From Felis catus (Eukaryota), in assembly GCF_018350175.1 (NCBI RefSeq), contig NC_058368.1, forward strand, positions 95,544,001 through 95,608,000: a stretch of 64,000 nucleotides of DNA. The letters are read 5' to 3'. The notes below the pieces were generated by a model. The model saw nothing but the letters and a program-made list of their open reading frames with translations, was not told where the DNA came from and made no database searches. This document shows, piece after piece, positions 49,950 to 62,636 of the stretch (positions are counted from its first letter, which is position 1; each line of letters starts with the position of its first letter). The translations under genes and the position numbers were made by a program.

Positions 49950-50170
49950 ATTTGCTAAAAAATTTTTAACGTTTGTTTATTTTTGAGAGAGAGACAGAGA
50001 GGGAGTGCACGAGCAGGGGAGGGGCAGAGAAAGGGAGGCATAGTCCGAAGCAGGTTCCAGGCCTTGAGCTGTCAGCACAGAGCCCAATGCGGGGCTCGAA
50101 CTCACGAGCAGTGAAATCATGGCTTGCGCCAAAGTCAGATGCTTAACAGACTGAGCCATCCAGGTGCCCC
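49950..50170 (-). mobile_element. CAN-SINE (feline)
   Basis: Antisense body ending tgagccatccaggtgcccc. Confidence 0.94.
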
Positions 50171-50859
50171 ACGCCAGAGACACTTTTTAAAGATTAGTAT
50201 TTTCCTAGAGAAATCACTTTTTTTGACAACAGTGACCACATGTGTCCACTGGCAGGGTACAAAATTAAAAATTAGATGATCAACAGCAGAGTCAATCCAT
50301 GACAGACTGTAACTTTACTAATATTTCACAGAATGTATGACAAGGAAATTACATGAGCATCAACACTGACATTACTGTCATCGATTAGGGGGCTTCTTTA
50401 TAGTTAACATATCATTGTATCATTTTGGCAAAGAAGTAAACGATAAGATCTTCTAATAAAGAAGCTTATTATTTTTTCCTGTAGGTTTATTCAGGGTTGC
50501 AAAAGCATGTAAGCATTTGTATTTTCTTTGAATTGCTTTCAAACCTTGAAATGGGTAATATCACCAAGGGATCGGTTGAAATAGAAAGCTGGACAAGTAG
50601 GTCTGGGATAGGGCCCGAGAGCTACATTTGTAACAAGCCTCTGGGTATGGCCACTGCTTTGGCTGCTGATTGAAGGGCCAGGCTGGTAGTGACAGTGTCC
50701 TGAGCTTTCTGGGGGGGACTGACTACTATCTTCTCAGCTAGCCCCTTCCATGTTGCCCATGGAAACTTAGCGTCTGTTTTAAGTAGATGGTTAAAAACGA
50801 AGTCTTCGACAGCAATTTTGTTGTGTTTTCACACGTTGTGTTGTCATAATAGATGACTT

Positions 50860-51240
50860 CCTTCAAAATGTGTCTGTATCCCTTACACCAGACTTGTTAT
50901 ATGCCAAAACAATTGACACAGCCCATCTTACCAGTTCTATGAATGTCTTAGGTAGCCAATAACTCATCTTCTCTTAGTTCCTAGAGAACTTAGTTCCTTA
51001 GTTCCTACCTTCGAAAATGTGCTTCTTCCTATCTAAAGTGTTCATTACAGAACTTCATGTGATTTCGCCTTGAGTAAGCATTTTCTCCCATGGTAAGTAA
51101 GTCCCTGTTTCATGTACATGGTTACTTGAAGACATTTATGGACTGTAATCATGTTTCCTGCTGAGCCTCCTCTTTTCTAGGCCATAAAGACATAGTCTCC
51201 GACTTTATACTTTCTTGCTTTATATTCCTAGCCCTTGTTA
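50860..51240. mobile_element. L3/CR1-like LINE relic
   Basis: aaaatgtgcttcttcctatctaa and ctgagcctcctcttttctaggccataaa resemble L3 motifs. Confidence 0.45.
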
Positions 51241-51667
51241 TGTGTGTTCAAGCCTTCATGTATTTTTATGCTGGTTTGCTGTTTCCTCCCTAAATTGGGG
51301 GTGGGCAAAGTGAAGAGAAGGTTATGTATAATTGAGAGATGGTGCTGATTTAGTCCTTGGAAGGACTATTTCCCAGGGATCTGAGGCACAGCAGGAAATG
51401 GGGCAGTAATTGAGTGGATACAGCTCTGGCCTCTTTTTGCAGCCCAGCCCCTGAGTGCTACTCACATTCATTGTTCATACTCCCATAAAGCACATGGTAG
51501 ACTCTGTGTACCCAAAGACATCTATTTTATGGACTGCGTCTCCGCTAAGATTCCTTTGGGTCTTAAAATCTCTCTCATGTTATTTTGAATAAGGGAGTAA
51601 ACAAACAAGGTTCAAACTTTTCAGATACTTGTACATATATAAAATAAACGCTAGTACAAAATGTCAT

Positions 51668-52095
51668 CTATATTAGTCAGGAGTTGACCAGAGAAACAAG
51701 TAAAAGATACATATAAGGAAACAAATGCAAGGAATTGGCTTATGTGATAGCGGTGGTTGGCTAGGCAAGTCTGGAATCCACAAGGCAGGCTGTCTGGAAG
51801 GACAGGCTGGAAACTCAGGCATATGCTGAAGCTGTGATGCACAGATAAAATTTCTTCTTCTTCAAGGAAGCTTCAGTTCTTCCCCTAAATCCTTGGAATG
51901 ATTGAATGTAGGTGGTGATCTAGATGAATCTTCCTTACATAAAGTCAACTGAAGATAAACTTTAATCCCACTTAACAAAGTGTGATTAAATCACAGTTAA
52001 TCACATTACAATGTGCCTTAACAGCAGCCCCAGATTAGTGTTTGATTGATTGGGCACTGTAGCTTTACTGAGCTGACCTAAAACTGACCATGATG
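51668..52095. mobile_element. MLT2 (MLT2D-like) ERVL solo LTR
   Basis: tattagtcagga...ccagagaaaca, aaggaattggcttatgtgat, ccttacataaagtcaactga, cctaaaactgaccat. Confidence 0.8.
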
Positions 52096-52489
52096 TGACA
52101 CATGGAGCTTTTGGCTATGTCTCCTATAATTTAAAGTGTCAAGCCACTTGTTTACCTTTGGGGAGATACTAAAGATACTTTGATGTAGTGTATGGGTCCC
52201 TTCCTTTTTGGTAAAGTGTGGTTATGGTCCTGTTTCTGTTGTGGAACTCATTCACATGAAGTGTCCATGCCCACGTGTATGGAGATTTTCAATCCATGCA
52301 TGATGGTGGGTTTCCCACTTCTGAGTCACACAGGTATAGGCCATAGTGACAGATGTAACCATGAAATAGAGGAATGCTTCTCAGAAACGAGTCATTTTAA
52401 TATAACCTTCATGATTTTATTTGTGTCTGCATGCATTATTACTTTCACATGTATAATCTTCTAAATATATTACTTTGAAGTATATTATC

Positions 52490-53340
52490 TGTGTTTGTAG
52501 TTCTGGTAGCATGGCAGATTGAGGTAATGTTGAATACCATCTCACTGAAAAGCAGAAATTCTATTTTCAAAAATAGTCATGTTTGAAAGACCTAATGGGC
52601 TTGAGGGCCAGGGCAATGAGCATGTGATTGGATGCTAGGGAAACTGGGAGTATATTAAGTCTAAATAGGAGTTCTAAGAGAGGCAACAGATGTGGTCCTG
52701 TATCTTCAGGAGGCAGGGAGATTGACTGAGGCCCTTTTTTGAAGATGAGATCCTAGAAGACCTGCCCCTTTCGACGCAAGAAACATATCTCCAACTTTTA
52801 AGGGAAGGGACAAGAAAGCTGCAGGTAAAAAAAAAAAATACCCCATTAGAAATCAAAACCTGAACTTGATTAAATAAGTATAGATACAAAATTTGCATGT
52901 ATTTTAGTTATGATATTTGGAACTGAAATGGAAACATGAGTGCAAAATCTAGTCCCCCATGATAAAAAGGAAACAGAACTCCTCTGGAAGGACATTTCAA
53001 CAACATAGGGCACATAAGAATTTCCAGAAGTATGAGTTGAAGAGCACATAACAGTGAAGATGAGCTCATAATGGGGAAGAAAAGGTACACACTCACAAAC
53101 AATGTTAGGGAACGTATGCAATCAAGAATCAGAAGACGAGACCTAGGATCTGAAAAACTTGAATTAGCAATATGAGTCTGTAAAATACAAAAATGAAAAG
53201 TGATAAAGGAGATAAAAGTAGGAATAGAACCTACAATGAAAGAATTGGAATCTATTGGTGGCAAAACATAACTGTAAAGATCCAAAAGGAACTTGTAGAA
53301 ACACGCAAAAGACCCTGAAATTTTAAAAATTCATGGATAA
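52490..53340 (+). mobile_element. Very old L1ME-like 5'/ORF1-region relic
   Basis: A-rich sense-strand L1-like sequence starting gttctggtagcatggcagattgaggt. Confidence 0.45.
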
Positions 53341-53599
53341 TTGAAAGATCGTTCATATTTTTAATGTTCCACTGGTTTTCTTGTGTGGAGTGGGGTATTC
53401 CTTACTACTTGTGGTTGTTGAATGTTCAAAATAATAACCTTTTGAATCTTTCAAGCACAGGTAGCTCTAGATACTTAACTTCTGCTAAAGATGTAAATGT
53501 AGACATTTGAAAAAACTTGAGACTAGCAAACATAGGTTTCAAATTTTCCAAACCTTTATAAAAAATCGACAAGTCAGAGAAATCAGATTGTCCACAATG

Positions 53600-53642
53600 C
53601 TTTAGATACTCTTTAGATACTCTTTAGATACTTCTTTAGATA
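53600..53642. repeat. 11-bp tandem repeat (ctttagatact) about 4 copies
   Basis: Read directly from the sequence. Confidence 0.9.
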
Positions 53643-53739
53643 AAGAACACAGACTCTTGACTAATGGTAATAGAATCTTGCATGACACTCATGAAGGGCT
53701 TTTGGGGATAGAATTCAGATTCCAAATCACTTGCTTTGA

Positions 53740-54225
53740 ATTGATAAAAAAAAAAAAAAAGGAGTTTATCCTGATTGGACCAAACTTAATTAGTTGAAAG
53801 CCCATAAGAAGAAGTGGTCATGCCTTACAGACAGAGCTGTTCTTCTGCTGGCCTTGGAAAAGCAAATGGCCATGTTGAGAGCTCCATTTTTCAGGGAACT
53901 GTGAGCAGCCTTGAGACCTAAGGGCGGGGGGATTCTAGCTGACACCTACTGAGGTAAGAAGTTGGCAATGGAGCTGCACGGAGAGGAATTCTACCATCCG
54001 AGGGATTGGACTGGAAGTGGATTTTCTCTTCAAGCCTTTGGTAAGACTTTGGTCTAGTCACACCAGGATCGCAGCCTGGTCAGACTCCCAAGCAGATAAC
54101 TCCATAGAACCATGCCTGGAATCCTGAACCTTGGACACTGAGAGACAATAAAAATAGGTGGTTTTAAGCCCCTTAGCTGGTGGCACCATATTATGCAGCA
54201 ATGGCAAGTGAATATATTCACACTG
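53740..54225. mobile_element. MLT1 MaLR solo LTR
   Basis: ctgctggccttggaaaagcaaatggccatgttgaga...gagacaataaaaataggtggttttaagcccc...gcagcaat. Confidence 0.75.
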
Positions 54226-55179
54226 ATAGTGTTTATGCCAGTAGTATGGTCACACTGGGACATCCCCTATGAAGTAGAAGACGGTTGTTACTCTACCTCT
54301 TGGACCTTTTTGGCGTCGAAGTCAGCTTATACCGTACTTGAGATGAGCGGTCTCATGCATTCTTGAGTGATTCTTAGAGGCGGGTCTAAATTAAGAGGTT
54401 TCTGCAGCAGCTGCAGGTTGTTTCTCTGCTGCTCAGTACTTGATTTAAAACACAGTTCCTGGGACGCTGTACCATAATAGAGACCGAGGGCCTGATTAGA
54501 AGATACCCATTGTTGATGCATCTAGAGCTACCCATCAAGAGCCGTGTGTTACCAGATGTACCAAGTCATGAGATCTGACAAGGCAATAGTAATCTGTTGT
54601 GTGATGAACATGGCGTACTTGGGATCAGGCCTGGGTAGAATCAGAGGACACTAACAAGTTATGTAAATAGGCGACCCAGACCTGTGTGTCTCCTATTACA
54701 TCAGCCCCTTCATCAGCTCTTTTGGGAGGGTTTGGAAGGGTTTCTCTACAACCAACTCAAGAACATGCAAAATTCAGGAAGGGTTCACAGACGGGTCTTG
54801 GTGGTAGAGGTGAGCGAACCACCAGTCTGCAGTGAACCACTGTTACGTTATCGTTCCCCTCAAGGCTAGCCCTGCAGGGCATTGTAAATTAAATTCTTTT
54901 ATTAGGCAGACATGTGAACAATACACTTAGTCATTCACTTTGGAAACAGAATTGTCTAGAGATGGGAACATGCACTGAAAGGCTGGCCAGTGGCAAAAAG
55001 TTGGTCCAGCTGGTCAAGACAGAGACCAAGTGTATGGGATGACTCATTCGATCCAGCTTCTCTCTTCAGTCACCTCCATAGCACAGTGGGCACATAGACG
55101 GTGGCCACGATGGCAGGAATGAAGGCTATAAAGTCTGCTCCTCCAACTTCGACACAACGTTGTCTTATCGTCTCTGCCT

Positions 55180-55480
55180 CGAGAAGAAAGATCAAATAAG
55201 ATAAGGACTGGATGTCCGGGGTCCCTGTGAGGCAGAGTGGCTGCTGTGGCGGGGATGGAGCAGGAAGTGAGATTCCAGCAGGCTGAGGAATGAATGGGTG
55301 TGTGAGGGTGGACAGTCCTTGCAAGAAATTTGACTTTGAGAAAGAGGACCGAGATGAGGTGGTCCCTTGAGGTGGGCATGAAGTTTAGGGAGATCGCAAC
55401 ACTGAGGTAGGAAAGAGTGAGATACATTAAACTATGAGTAAGGAGGAGGCAGTAGGGGAGGAGATATAAAGATAAAGGAT
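55180..55480 (-). mobile_element. L2 relic
   Basis: tcaaataagataaggactgga...ccagcaggctgaggaatgaatggg...tttgactttgagaaagagg. Confidence 0.6.
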
Positions 55481-58400
55481 AGAGACATGCTAAACTCTCA
55501 GGTGCCTAAGAAGGAGGGAAGAAAAGGGGCCAAAAGAGAGGGACGTGCTGATTTTCTGGTCTTCAACAGAGGACTAAAATGAAAAGCGTTTTGTGTTTCG
55601 ATACACAGTAAGATTTTGTATATCTGGAGCTCACTAATTTCTAATGCAGACGCCATCAGAATTTGGAGTATTCTATTGGGGGGCAGAGCTACAAGTCTGT
55701 AGCTTTGTGACATGTTTTATAACTATATTATAATTGGCTTTACCAATGAAATCAATAGTAAATAGTAAAGAGAATTTGAGAAGGATGTTTGTGCCACTGA
55801 AGAAATCTTAAAGAAAACAGCCAAGGCAAGAACCTAAAGCATTCTATTTGCATACCAGCAATGGTGTGCTAATTACAAATTGCTCTTTTGGACTACGGAT
55901 TATTAAATAGGCTCTTTGGTTAATAGCAATCGTTAGCCTGGGGCTATAAAGTAATACAATGGCCGTATTCCAAAAATATTGTGTAATTCCTTATTTTAAC
56001 TTGGAAAGCCCAACGCCTGCCTTCTTCCAATTATTCCAAACTAATGAGCTTTCGCTGCCACACATAGAAGGGAATTTGGAAAACATTGCCCGGTTTGCTG
56101 ACCAGTACTAGAAAAACTTGAAGCTCTCTTTGTCTTTTTTCTTTGTTTCTTTTTAACCCAAAGCCCTTTTCCAGAGTCCGATTCAAGCTGGGCTCCTTTC
56201 GCTCACACCTGGTGCAACCGTTGGTTCCCAATTGGCACTGTTAAGAGGAGGGGGCCTGACAGCATACTGTCCTCCCAGACTCTGGGCCTCTGGATGCAGA
56301 AAGCCAATTTGCTTCTCGCTGCTTTGTCTTGGGCACCTCACAATGTGCTCTAATGACAGCTCAGCAGTTCTAATAGCCCTTTTTAATGGCTAAAAACAGA
56401 CCCGGTCTGTCCAAACATAGCCTATTCACCAGCTCTCGTCAAAACAATTCAGTTTTGCTATATGATGATGCAGCAGACCATGGAAAGCAGTCACACAGAC
56501 TCTATTCAAGTCCCAAGTTGGACCCTGAGGCTAAAGCAAGTCGACCCAAGCAATGGTCATATTAAATACTTTTTTTTTTTTTTTTTTTTTACTGTCTGTT
56601 TCTGAAATAGGGCTTGTGTTTCAAGGGACAAGGCAGGCAGGCTCCATTTGCAAATGCAACTCAGCACAATTTGAAAAAAATGAGTAAAGAAATTAGGTCC
56701 TTGAAGGGGTGAGGGATTTTCATTTTGACTGTAGTATATCATTTATACTTGACCACCTGTGTTTCACAGCACAGAGAAGAAAGTCTAAGGCTAGTTTGTA
56801 GGTAATGGAAGTCTCAAGGCAAAGGATCAGTGACCATTCTGTTTTTCTCTTAAGGCAACAATTATGTTACATATCTGTATCCTTACTGTGACATTTTGAC
56901 TTTTAGATCTTGGCCATCCGGTGGTTTTCAGCTCAATTTCCTTACATTGTCCTGACCTACAAAGGAATAGCAATAAAGGGAATACCAAGTGACACTTAAA
57001 ATAAAAAATAACTAGTTTCCCCGGCCCCCTTAGGGGTGTAATTTTAAAATGTAAATGTATTAATGATCCTTCAATGAAAAGGTTCTTTCCCTGCAGTCTG
57101 CACATTTTTTTTTTTAAAGGTGGATTTCTAGGCAAACATTAAAAGCACATTTAATGATGCTTGCCACAAACTTGAAACCGTTCTTGTCATATGCACAAAA
57201 ATTATAAAAAGTTGGATGATTATTTGTCTTGGTCAGTGTGCAAGGCTATAGTTTTATTTCAGAATGAACTGTACACATGATTTAAAAATATGGCTAATAG
57301 TCAATGGGACTATATGTCAAATCGCTGATTACCCCATTGGGACTTGATGGAGTAGTAACAGAGACTTGCAGGCCCAGATGACAGGTGTATGAACTCAGGA
57401 TCTCTGCTGTACATGGCCTTCAGGGATGCAACGATGGTTGGAAGTCTCCAGAAGCAGTGTAGAAAAGTTAAGAGTTAAAACTTATTTTCCAAGGGTGCTG
57501 TATTTTTAGTGGACTGAAAGCAGTTGCTTTGTTTCTAAGAAATGGGACTGGTTGTTGAGGCCAGGGAAAAAAGAAGTAATCTGTTCAGCAGGATTAGTTA
57601 ATAAATGCAAGCTGTAGGAATCATTAAGCCATAGAAAGGTACGGAGAGTGGAGTGGTTGAGATGAGGTCATCACTGGTAATGGGACCTAACTCAGGGTAA
57701 CCTCTGAAGGGGAATGTCCCAGGAATCCATGAATAATGGATTCTTGACCTCAAGCCCTGTGCTCATGGAAGTATCCACTTCTGCTGGGTCTCCTTGTCCA
57801 ACCGGGATGCCTGACACGTGTTGAGACCAACAGTAAAAGGCAAGGAATGACTTTGAAAGCCAAGAGAGGAGCAGAGACGACTGCTTTGCTCTGGAAAGAG
57901 TCTGGAGCTGATTGAGTGCAGTCAACTTTCACCTGGGTATAGAATGGGGTTCCCCGTGGCTGCTGATGCTTGGAACCACATGTCCCTGCAAGAAGATGTA
58001 GCTAGTTCAAAGACAAGTTCTGAGAGAGTAGCACATGAACACAGCAGTTAAAGCAAAAAATTCTACTGCCTGGGTATACATAGTGACTTCTGGCCTGTGT
58101 CACAATCAGCGTACCCTCACAACTACAAAGTGATTCCAACTGAGGTGGCTTAAGTCCCAAGTATGAAAGATCTGACCAGTGCCTAGTGTGCCAGCTGGAG
58201 CATACGTGCTGGACTTGAATCGGTAAATCCATCATATTTGAGTTTCTGAGTGTCAGAGTCATGTCTGCCCTTGCTAGACCCTGAAGAGGTCTCATTTGGA
58301 TACAAGAACCCCCATTTTGTAACCCAAGTTCAAAATGGACGGCACTGCTAGCTTCAGGGAGCAAAGATACAAATAGTTTCCCGATGCGTTGTAGTTATGC

Positions 58401-59619
58401 CTGCGTCTGGTTTAGAAACATCTGGAGGCCAGCGCAGTAATACATTAGGGTTTTGTGGAGGGGGCAGGCATGGTGGAACTGAGGCAGATTTTTCTGTTTT
58501 GTCATGCCACGAGTCTGCCGTTCTGTGCTCTGGAAAGGGGGACAGCTCCCAGTTTCCTGGCATTGTAATGCCTCAGGCGATATATCAAGTTCACCTCGAG
58601 TTGGTGGTAAAGCAAATAATTTATAATATCTCTCCTTCGTTGTCCTTGGTAGTGAGTTTTGCTTCAAGCTAGTTCTAAAATTCAAACAAGAATGTCCCAA
58701 ATAGTGCCTAATAGGGAAAGAGAGCAAGTGGGAAGGATCTGGAGCACATTTTATTTTTTAGCACCTTTAATGAGGTACTCTGAGCCTGCCACTCAAGTGA
58801 TTGACTGGCTGCCTTCAATATGCTTTCCAAGGCATTTAAGAAGTGCAGTATTTTCTTTTCTCTGTTGCCTATATTACTGACACTAAATATTTAATCACTA
58901 ACTAGGGCTACAGTAGCTGCAGAAGTGATGAATAATGGGCCCCTGTACACTTGTGAACTCTCTGTTGTTGGCTGATTAGGTTGGCTTTGCCTGGAGAGAT
59001 GGAACGCGGATGGCTCACCACCTGTAGTCAAAGAGAAAAAGGGAATGCTGACAACGGATGAAACTTCATGTAGGAAGGCCGCTGTGTCACTGCCATGTAA
59101 TTACCACAGTGGCTTGAAGAATTAGGTTCGGCTAATGTTTTTTTTTTTTTTCAGATCTACCACAATGTCTTTTAAATCCATTCTGAAGGTACCATTTTGT
59201 AAGGCTATGACCTACTCTTGTACCCAGAGTTACGCTTCCTTGTTTTTAACAAATAGAGAAACTACATCATGGAGAAACGAAAGGACTGGTCCTTCATTGT
59301 ACATCGCTAATAGCGTAAAAATGGACTAGGATAGGCCGATTTTATTTTAAGAGGCTCCTATCACAAACCTAAGATAGAATCTTCCTATCCTGGCCTTTCT
59401 TACAGAAGCCGTGAGACCACGCAAGTTACCTACCTTCCTTAACTTGGGAGTTTTCTCATCGGTAACACAGGGACGGTAACACGTCTCTCAAATAGAAATT
59501 TGTTAGCCTGACCATCACTGATGCGCTTCAATTGCCTGGCCTGGTTGCTGCACAGAGCAGGCATTTTATAGATGGCAGTGTCTTGGCAGTGGCTGATACT
59601 GTCTGGGCCTCTCGAATGT

Positions 59620-59974
59620 GTTCGTTCGCTAGGGCTGCTTCCACAAGGTATCACAGGCTGGGTGGCTTACGCAGCAGATAAATATTTTCTCACGGGTCTG
59701 GAGGCATAGCAGTGCTGATTCCTTCTGAAGCCCTGGCTCAGGCCTTGTCCTTGGCTTGTCCTTGGCCATTTTCTCCCTTTGTCTTCCCCTGGCCCTGGCT
59801 CTATACAACTTTACATCCAAATCTCTTTTCATAAAGGACACCAGCCATGTTGTACTAAAGGCCACCCGAATGACTGCATTTTCACTTCCTCACCTCTTGA
59901 AAGATCTGGTCTCCAAATGTAGTCACTTTCTGAGATGATGGGGCTTGACTTTAGCATAGGAATTTGTTTCTGTT

Positions 59975-60020
<46 letters not shown>

Positions 60021-60085
60021 GATGTTTGTTTTTTGTTTGCTTGTTTGTTTTTTTCAAGGGAAGCAACGCCTTCAGCCCATAATAC
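59620..60085. mobile_element. MLT1A/B-like MaLR solo LTR with an internal (TG)n
   Basis: gctagggctgcttccacaaggtatcacaggctgggtggctta...ataaaggacaccagccat...gtctccaaatgtagtcac...ttcagcccataata. Confidence 0.8.
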
Positions 60086-60249
60086 TAACTTTGAATAATA
60101 AATAACATTAATGATTTACTTTATTATCTTCTGGGGGTATATTTATTCTAAGGGGTGGGGAGAGCAAATCATATATTTCTGTAGAATACGGAAAAGCAGT
60201 TGCTACTTTCTCTTTATGTGTTGAACCACATTTATTCCCAAATAAGTGA

Positions 60250-60275
60250 TTTCATCTTGTGGGGTAAGTAGATGC

Positions 60276-60310
<35 letters not shown>

Positions 60311-60680
60311 GTGGGGAGGCAGGGAAGTGATCCCAGGAAGTGTCAGTAGGAGAAGGAAAATGGAAGGAAATGGAGAAGACCCGGCTGCTAATTCAGGGAT
60401 CATTGATGACCGGGTTCTATGTGGACAGTGGGAGCTCTTTCCCACTGGGGAGACCTGGTGGAAGGGCTTTGAGACGGCCTCAGAGCTCTCTAACGCTAGG
60501 GATGTGGAAACTGGGTGTTGACACACAGATTCCTGCCTGTCTTTTGAGGGCTGCCCCTAGGGCCATGTCCATTTCTGGAAATTCCCTCTGTTTGACCTTG
60601 GCAGGAGTTGAGGATAGTATAGTGGTGGCAGGGAGCCCGGGTGGATACAGTAAAAATGGTGAATACAGAGGAGACAGGTG
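60250..60680. mobile_element. LTR33-like ERVL solo LTR with an expanded poly-T
   Basis: gaagtgatcccaggaagtgtcagtagg...cccactggggagacctgg...tgagggctgcccc. Confidence 0.65.
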
Positions 60681-60778
60681 TAGGGCAGTTTTGTTTTGTT
60701 TTGTTTTTGGTCTTACTTGCATACAACCAGTACATGTCTACTTTGGACTTTGATGGTTGATCACAAAAACACAGTGTT

Positions 60779-60835
60779 ATTCTATTCTGTTCTATTTATT
60801 TGTCTAAAAAATGTTTTTAATGTGTATTTATTTTT

Positions 60836-60871
<36 letters not shown>

Positions 60872-60897
60872 GCGTGCAAGTGGAGGAGGGGCAGAGG

Positions 60898-60947
<50 letters not shown>

Positions 60948-61068
60948 ATCTGAAGCGGGCTCCAGGCTCTGAGATGTCAGCACAGAGCCCTCTGCTGGGC
61001 TTGAACCCACAAACTCATGACCTGAGCTGAAGGTGGACGCTTAACCACCTGAGCCCCCCAGGCGCCCC
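60779..61068 (-). mobile_element. CAN-SINE with expanded (GA)n/(GACA)n
   Basis: TSD ca(c/t)aaaaacacagt(g/t)tt at 60762-60778 and 61068-61084. Confidence 0.95.
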
Positions 61069-61204
61069 ATAAAAACACAGTTTTAAGAGTACTAGTGTGG
61101 CTACAAAACATCTTCAGCTCCGTGTACAACTACCTACATTGTCCTGAATGGCAGTACAAGCTACTGGCCATGTTGAATGGAGAGTAACATGAAATAAATT
61201 GGCA

Positions 61205-61445
61205 AAGGCACAGTATAGCTTAGTAGTTCAAGCTACTGGCTTTGAAACCAAACCAACCTGAATTTATATGTGAGATTTGATGCTGATTAGCATTGTGAGC
61301 TTGAATAAGGCACTCCTTGAGTTTTCTCTTGAGTAAATGGATATACTAATAGTTGACTCATTGAGTTGCATGAGGGATATATGAAAATCTTGTTATAATA
61401 ACTTCCAAGTCATCGATGCTCCATAGAGTAGCTATTACCATTAGG
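61205..61445 (+). mobile_element. MIR relic
   Basis: ggcacagtatagcttagtagttcaagctactggctttga head through tagctatta 3' end. Confidence 0.65.
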
Positions 61446-61630
61446 AAGATGATAATACCAATAAACAGGAGGATTTGGGGATTTTGTGTCGAATAGGTTT
61501 CAGTAGCTGTGACACATGATTAGGGACTTCTCTTTTGATCTAGTGTCAGTAGTTGTGCATTCTAGACCTCAATAACTCATTTGTGAGTCAAGTCATCTGC
61601 TTACTTCCTTTGTCAAAAAGAAACAGTATC

Positions 61631-62006
61631 GGGTCACCTGGGTGCCTCAGTTGGTTGAGCCTGTGACTCTCGGTTTCAGCTCAGGTCATGATCTCTGGGT
61701 TTGCAAGATTGAGCCCTGCATCCAGGGCTACATCAATTTTATTTAATTAATTAATTAATTAATTAATTAATTAATATTTTTAAAAATTTATTTATTTTTG
61801 AGAGAGAGACAGAGCACAAGTGGGGGAGGGGCAGAGAGAGAGGGAGACACAGAATCGGAAGCAGGCTCCAGGCTCTGAGCTGTCAGCACAGAGCCCGACA
61901 TGGGGCTCGAACCCACAAACAATGAGATCATGACCTGAACCGAAGTCGGACGCCCCACCAACTGAGCCACCCAGGCGCACCTCAATTTTATTTTTAAAAA
62001 TAAAAT
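61631..62006 (+). mobile_element. Internally deleted CAN-SINE (head 61631-61730, tail about 61994-62006) hosting an antisense SINE
   Basis: TSD aaacag(t/c)atc at 61621-61630 and 62007-62016. Confidence 0.85.
61745..61980 (-). mobile_element. CAN-SINE with a (TTAA)n tail, nested
   Basis: TSD c(a/c)tcaattttattt at 61731-61744 and 61980-61993. Confidence 0.95.
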
Positions 62007-62581
62007 AAACAGCATCAAAACCTGTGGATATTTCTCATTTTGACCCAAGAATTTTTGGAAGGTTTAATCCGATTGATGAAACTTTATGCCATCAGTAATG
62101 TATGAATATAAGCATTTTTATAATCCACAATGGTGTTATGCCAGCCTTTTCCTCCTCTTAAATTTGTCAAAGTAGGATTGAAATATAACCTTGAAATCTT
62201 CTAAGACTTTGTCCCTTCTTTGCCACAGATCCTGAATACATTCTATTTCTAGTTATTCATTTAGAGAGTGAAAGCATGGAGTTTAAGTTTGAGAACATTG
62301 AGTGTCACATATGTCCAGGTAGATAATATGTAAGTTCAAAGAGTATCCGCTGAATCTGATTTGATAAATCTTAATGGCCTGGTTCCCTACATTCATCATC
62401 GGTGTTCACTTACATCTCTGTGGAATCTTGCCCTTTTCTCTCAGTTGCAGGTATAACCTTGTGATATCAGATGAAAGTTTCACTCTTTTACAGACACATT
62501 ATCCTGAGCAAATGTTTGCCATTTTGTGAACTGCCCTCAACGCTGTGTGAGAAAAACTCCCTACTCTAAGCTGTTACTTTC

Positions 62582-62584
<3 letters not shown>

Positions 62585-62630
<46 letters not shown>

Positions 62631-62636
62631 TTCTCT
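62585..62636. repeat. (CT)n microsatellite
   Basis: Read directly from the sequence. Confidence 0.95.

Noticed and set aside
52600..53300. A-rich stretch as a possible endogenous viral element or NUMT
   Set aside because: No long sense ORF or mitochondrial motif. It fits an old L1 relic better.
62430..62560. Pyrimidine tract plus cag as a possible exon acceptor
   Set aside because: No convincing donor or open coding frame follows.
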